A stretch of 20,000 bases of DNA, from IMG/VR virus record IMGVR_UViG_3300035429_000180; one strand, given 5' to 3'. Positions 16,339-20,000 of this stretch are shown here, in pieces; the stretch's first letter is position 1, and each line of letters opens with the position of its first letter. Below the pieces are notes generated by a model, which was not told where the DNA came from, did no database searches, and was given only the letters and a program-made list of their open reading frames with translations. This stretch comes from an uncultured virus (IMG/VR IMGVR_UViG_3300035429_000180) (lineage: Duplodnaviria > Heunggongvirae > Uroviricota > Caudoviricetes). The position numbers and the translations under genes are program-made.

Positions 16339-16575
16339 TTATTTTGACTGTGGGAATAATTCAGACGCCGTTGTCTTGAAATGATTGGCAAGAACTTCTT
16401 GAGTGAGTGCATCCGGAACACAGCTTGTATTACCATCTGCAAGCCATCTGCGCACAGCGATCTCACTTTTCTTAGTAACTTGCGCTACTTCCTTGATGAA
16501 AGCAACTGCGGGCGTGTCTGGCTTTTTGGGGCGTTCTGCCGATTTCGCCTTTGTATACATTTCCTTAAGTGTCAT
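16339..16575 (-). CDS. Cro-like HTH regulator
   Basis: FIKEVAQVTKKSEIAVRRWLAD..VPDAL..LANHF..TASELFP; divergent from the repressor. Confidence 0.85.
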   Translation of the reverse strand: MTLKEMYTKAKSAERPKKPDTPAVAFIKEVAQVTKKSEIAVRRWLADGNTSCVPDALTQEVLANHFKTTASELFPQSK

Positions 16576-16581
16576 ATTTCT

Positions 16582-16613
16582 ATTGCTTTATTAATATTTT
16601 ATGGTTATATTTG
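16582..16613 (+). promoter_or_regulatory. Rightward (cI) Bacteroidota sigma-A promoter
   Basis: -7 box TATATTTG at 16606-16613; ATTG -33-like element 20 nt upstream. Confidence 0.7.
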
Positions 16614-16638
16614 CGACATCAAAACTGCTATCACGCTG

Positions 16639-16670
16639 CAAAGATAATATCATATTACATTATATGCAAT
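16639..16670 (-). promoter_or_regulatory. Leftward (cro/early lytic) Bacteroidota sigma-A promoter
   Basis: -7 box TATCTTTG at 16646-16639; ATTG -33-like element 20 nt upstream. Confidence 0.7.
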
Positions 16671-16675
16671 ATGAT
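16649..16675. promoter_or_regulatory. Putative repressor operator
   Basis: ATCATATTACAT-TAT-ATGCAATATGAT, 12-bp arms with one mismatch, covering the spacer and -33 of the leftward promoter. Confidence 0.6.
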
Positions 16676-16702
16676 TCTAATATAATAACATAGTTTAACA
16701 AT

Positions 16703-17395
16703 ATGATATTACAAGATAGAATTAAAACTTTAGTAGAATACTCTGGTTTAACTATACCAAAGTTCTCTGCTTATGTGGGTTTTAAAACTCCTCAAGCAGT
16801 TCGAGAATTAATCAAAGGAAATACAAAGACTCTTTCTGATTCAGCAATCCATAAAATTATAATTGCTTATCCAGAAATTTCAGAGGATTGGCTTCTCACC
16901 GGTGAGGGCGAAATGCTCAAGCCAAATTTCAAGGTTGACGAAATTGAAATCCCAACAAAAGAGGAGTTGAAGCAAGTTTTGGTCAAGGGATATTGGGTGC
17001 CGCTCATTCCGACGGAAGCTCTCGCCAATTCCCTGGCAGAATATATTGGACCCGGAGTTCGTCGAACCGACTGTCAAAATATTATTTCACCTGTACCGGG
17101 AGCGGAATTTGCAATCACGATCAGTGGCGACTCAATGGAGCCTAAATTTCATGACGGCATGGTTGTGTTCCTGAAAAAAATTAATGACGCTGCATTTATC
17201 CCTTGGGGAAATACACTTGTGCTTGACACCGAAAACGGTGCTTTCATCAAAGATGTATTCCCTGTAAAGGACAACGAGTCATTGATCGAGGCCCGAAGCC
17301 TCAATACTATATACCCACCCCTAATCATCCCGAAATCATCTATCTATGGGATGTACCGTGTGCTTAATGCAACCAAGTTTTTCACAACAATGTAA
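16703..17395 (+). CDS. cI: CI-like repressor (HTH + S24 autopeptidase)
   Basis: N-terminal HTH ending WLLTGEGEM; ISGDSMEP catalytic Ser; AFIKDV catalytic Lys. Confidence 0.92.
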   Translation: MILQDRIKTLVEYSGLTIPKFSAYVGFKTPQAVRELIKGNTKTLSDSAIHKIIIAYPEISEDWLLTGEGEMLKPNFKVDEIEIPTKEELKQVLVKGYWVPLIPTEALANSLAEYIGPGVRRTDCQNIISPVPGAEFAITISGDSMEPKFHDGMVVFLKKINDAAFIPWGNTLVLDTENGAFIKDVFPVKDNESLIEARSLNTIYPPLIIPKSSIYGMYRVLNATKFFTTM

Positions 17396-17460
17396 TCTGT
17401 CGTTAACAGAAACAACGAGAAGAAAAATAGCAAATTGTTAAACTTTTTGAGAAATTGCTA

Positions 17461-17844
17461 ATGGCTCAGCATAAGGCATTATTAGAAAAAGCAGCCTATT
17501 GTATAATGGGATTATCCATTATTTTATTCTTTTGTGGAATTCTCTTTTTCGAGAGCCAAAGTCAATGGGATTGTGATAGAATCTCTTTGCTAATGACTGA
17601 CGCTATTGCTTTCTATGTTATCCTCGCGAGCTTCTGTGGTATGGGGGCTTTAATGAGCGGTAATAATGGCCATTATCACTTATCATTTATCTGCTCGATT
17701 ATACCAACAGTTATGTCATGCTGTTTTATGCTTTTTGGTATTGCGAGTAGTAACAATGCCATTTCATGGGCCTTTATGTTTTTCTCTTCTTTAGGTATAT
17801 ATCCTATTCTGTTTATAGACAAAAAAATGACGCATTATAAATGA
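17461..17844 (+). CDS. Four-TM membrane protein (accessory)
   Basis: Four hydrophobic segments, AT-rich; ATG 17461 preferred over TTG 17455. Confidence 0.75.
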   Translation: MAQHKALLEKAAYCIMGLSIILFFCGILFFESQSQWDCDRISLLMTDAIAFYVILASFCGMGALMSGNNGHYHLSFICSIIPTVMSCCFMLFGIASSNNAISWAFMFFSSLGIYPILFIDKKMTHYK

Positions 17845-18158
17845 ACCTCCAATTGATAAAGCAATATGGGGAACACTACCCCGGAGGACTGCGGAAGCTC
17901 GCGGTTGATGCCGGCATGTCTGAAGGTAACCTCCATCGTTGCATTAGAAACAATAAAATCCAAGCAAACGATTTAGAGGCCATCTCGCGGCTTTTAAATG
18001 TTGAGGTGAAGATTTTCTTTACCGACGCCGCAAAAGCGAAAGAAACGGAAGAAAACGTGCTTTTCGGCGATATTTCGTGGCTACATGAAAAGATTGCTTT
18101 ACTTGAACAACGAATTAAAGACAAAGACGAACTAATTAAAATCCTGAAAGGAGCATGA
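17841..18158 (+). CDS. XRE-family HTH protein with C-terminal coiled coil
   Basis: LRKLAVDAGMSEGNLHRCIRNNKIQANDLEAISRLLNV..FF; LLEQRIKDKDELIKIL. Confidence 0.85.
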   Translation: MNLQLIKQYGEHYPGGLRKLAVDAGMSEGNLHRCIRNNKIQANDLEAISRLLNVEVKIFFTDAAKAKETEENVLFGDISWLHEKIALLEQRIKDKDELIKILKGA

Positions 18159-18475
18159 ATTTGTTATATGGCTTGTGTGCGCTCGTTGTCGGCGCAGTCT
18201 TATATTGGCTCTATCTAACAGCAAAGGCCTTGAAAGACCCGGATGTTCAAATAGCTTCCAATTTGCGAATGAGTATCAAGCGTTATAGACACTATCAGCG
18301 TCTATATGACGAATACCAAGCTTTTATGCTCGAACACGGAGCGCACAGCCAAGCATCCGAGAAGAAATTTTTAGAAATATTCAAGCAAATAGATAACCCC
18401 AACGAATGGCGACGTTACCAAGCCTATCGTGAAGAAAAACAAAGAGAAGAATATAAAAATGAGCTCTATAAGTAA
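18155..18475 (+). CDS. Membrane-anchored hypothetical protein
   Basis: N-terminal TM helix; ATGA overlap with the HTH gene. Confidence 0.75.
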   Translation: MNLLYGLCALVVGAVLYWLYLTAKALKDPDVQIASNLRMSIKRYRHYQRLYDEYQAFMLEHGAHSQASEKKFLEIFKQIDNPNEWRRYQAYREEKQREEYKNELYK

Positions 18476-18572
18476 GTTTCCCAACTTTGGGCAAGTGACT
18501 GATAACGCGATAATTCGATTAGCGGCGCAGGCAGCGATAGAGGACTAATCCTCCATTGATATAACTACTTAT

Positions 18573-18615
18573 TTCAGGCTGTAATCTACCGATTAAAAGG
18601 TGATTACAGCCTGAA
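18573..18615. repeat. 14-bp perfect inverted repeat (terminator or att-associated)
   Basis: TTCAGGCTGTAATC...GATTACAGCCTGAA with a 15-nt spacer. Confidence 0.8.
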
Positions 18616-18672
18616 TTGCACTTAGGCGGTTCGTACACTTGACCGCAAAAAACGAGTCAAATGCTCAATTCT

Positions 18673-18746
18673 GCTTACACCACGCTTACACCAAATCACC
18701 CCTCCGCTTACACCTGCTTACACCATGTTTACACCATGTTTACACC
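18673..18746 (+). repeat. Six direct repeats of GYTTACACC upstream of the integrase
   Basis: TTACACC starts at 18675, 18686, 18708, 18718, 18729 and 18740. Confidence 0.9.
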
Positions 18747-18764
18747 TCGCAAAATCAGTTAATT

Positions 18765-20000
18765 ATGACGACACTGAAAGCAGTCGTGAGAAAGGCCCGG
18801 TCAGATGGCTTTTTTCCAGTGTACATACGAGTTGTACACAACAGGAAACCCGGCTACATCAAGACAAATAAGATTGTTGATGCAGCCCACATCACAAAGA
18901 CAGGAGATATAACAGATCCTGTGGTTAATGAGCATTGCTCATATATCATACGAGAGTATAGCGACCGTCTGAATCGTACAGATGTCTCATTGTGGGACAT
19001 CAAGGAAGTAATAGACCATCTCACCACGATTGATGAAGAGGTCTTATTCAGTAACTATGCGCGTAGTCATATCTCGCGGATGGAGAAAAACGGTCATGCC
19101 CGTACAGCAAAGAACTATATGTATGCTGTAAATCATCTTGAACGCTATCTCGGTTCTAACCAACTGATGTTTGCTCAACTGACCTCAAACGTTCTCAAAA
19201 AGTGGATTGAACAACTTTGCAGAACAAACCGAGCAAAAGAGATGTACCCGGTCTGCATCCGTCAGATATTCAAAGCTGCTCTGATCGACTTGAACGATGA
19301 TGAAAAAGGAATAAATCGAATCAAATTCAATCCTTGGTTGAAGATTCAGATTCCTAAATCTGACACGGGAGAGAAACGAGCTATCAGCGCGGAAGCATGC
19401 CGTGAGTTTTTCAATAGACCTCTACCCCAGACTAAGATGCTTTCTTCACTTCCTGAACTTGGCCGCGATGTTGCAAAACTTATTCTCTGTATGGGAGGCA
19501 TTAATACAGTCGATCTGTTTCACCTGAAAAAGACCGACTACCGAAATGGTGTTATCGGTTATAAGCGAGCTAAGACCAGACACAGCCGAACAGATGAAGC
19601 ATACTTTGAGATGCGTGTAGAGCCTTTTATTCAACCCGTGTTCGATAAATATCTCGCGCCGGAAGATGACGAGTATTTGTTCAGCTTCCACACACGATAC
19701 TGTGATTCTGATAGTTTCAGTGCTAACGTAAACAACGGTATAAAGAAAATCTGCAAGGATATGAATATGCCCAAGGAAGATTACTATTGTGCCTATACTT
19801 TCCGTCATACATGGGGAACTATTGCTCAGAACGACTGCGATGCAAATCTTTTTGAAGTCGCGTTCGGTATGAATCATAGTCACGGCCTAAAAGTGACTCG
19901 CGGATATGTGAAGATAGACTTCACACCGGCGTGGGAACTAAACGCCAAGGTGATTGATTTCATCTTCTTTAGCGATGAGAGGAGTAAGCAGTCTGGGTGA
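18765..20000 (+). CDS. int: Tyrosine recombinase (phage integrase)
   Basis: Arm-binding-like N-terminus (KARSDGFFPVYIRVVH), SAM-like core, GINTVDL, YKRAKT, YTFRHTWGT, MNH, VTRGY; start at MTTLKAV; TGA at 19998-20000. Confidence 0.93.
   Translation: MTTLKAVVRKARSDGFFPVYIRVVHNRKPGYIKTNKIVDAAHITKTGDITDPVVNEHCSYIIREYSDRLNRTDVSLWDIKEVIDHLTTIDEEVLFSNYARSHISRMEKNGHARTAKNYMYAVNHLERYLGSNQLMFAQLTSNVLKKWIEQLCRTNRAKEMYPVCIRQIFKAALIDLNDDEKGINRIKFNPWLKIQIPKSDTGEKRAISAEACREFFNRPLPQTKMLSSLPELGRDVAKLILCMGGINTVDLFHLKKTDYRNGVIGYKRAKTRHSRTDEAYFEMRVEPFIQPVFDKYLAPEDDEYLFSFHTRYCDSDSFSANVNNGIKKICKDMNMPKEDYYCAYTFRHTWGTIAQNDCDANLFEVAFGMNHSHGLKVTRGYVKIDFTPAWELNAKVIDFIFFSDERSKQSG

Larger units (their letters stand above)
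1..20000. mobile_element. Temperate Bacteroidales phage/prophage: integration-immunity, recombination and replication modules, start of structural module
   Basis: Integrase, divergent cI/cro pair, Xis-like HTH, RecT plus exonuclease, initiator plus DnaC-like ATPase, tightly packed co-oriented small ORFs; no host housekeeping genes. Confidence 0.95.

Noticed and set aside
18673..18746. Repeat array as a mini-CRISPR or as a coding N-terminal extension of Int
   Set aside because: Units are 9-11 bp with no spacers and no cas genes; integrase-like sequence begins at ATG 18765
19490..19520. Integrase has GINTVDL where many tyrosine recombinases have a catalytic Arg
   Set aside because: I recall this G(I/M)N..D variant as common in Bacteroidota integrases; the other catalytic motifs are intact, so it is not evidence of inactivation

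Overview
Immunity, early and replication arm of a temperate Bacteroidales (pro)phage; host order is inferred from Bacteroidota TAnnTTTG promoters and gene families. On the + strand at the right: cI-like S24 repressor, three accessory genes and a tyrosine integrase. On the - strand, one long run: cro-like HTH, small lipoprotein and membrane genes, Xis-like HTH, an ~860-nt structured non-coding region, recT, a coiled-coil protein, a PD-(D/E)xK exonuclease, SNF2 helicase, HU, DUF4494, DUF1064 nuclease, DUF4373 initiator, DnaC-like ATPase, hypotheticals and a MazG-like protein. It ends in a >726-codon putative virion gene that runs off the left edge and is missing from the ORF track. Most notable: (1) three tRNA-like elements with well-formed acceptor and T arms but rebuilt anticodon arms, embedded in a densely base-paired RNA locus (14240-15095); (2) a small early protein carrying a DGR-type variable region with no template repeat or reverse transcriptase in the window; (3) an apparent deletion fusing a radical-SAM gene start to a lipoprotein gene end; (4) face-to-face cI/cro promoters; (5) a helically phased TTACACC array before the integrase. 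Family names are from recognising motifs by eye; no database search was run.
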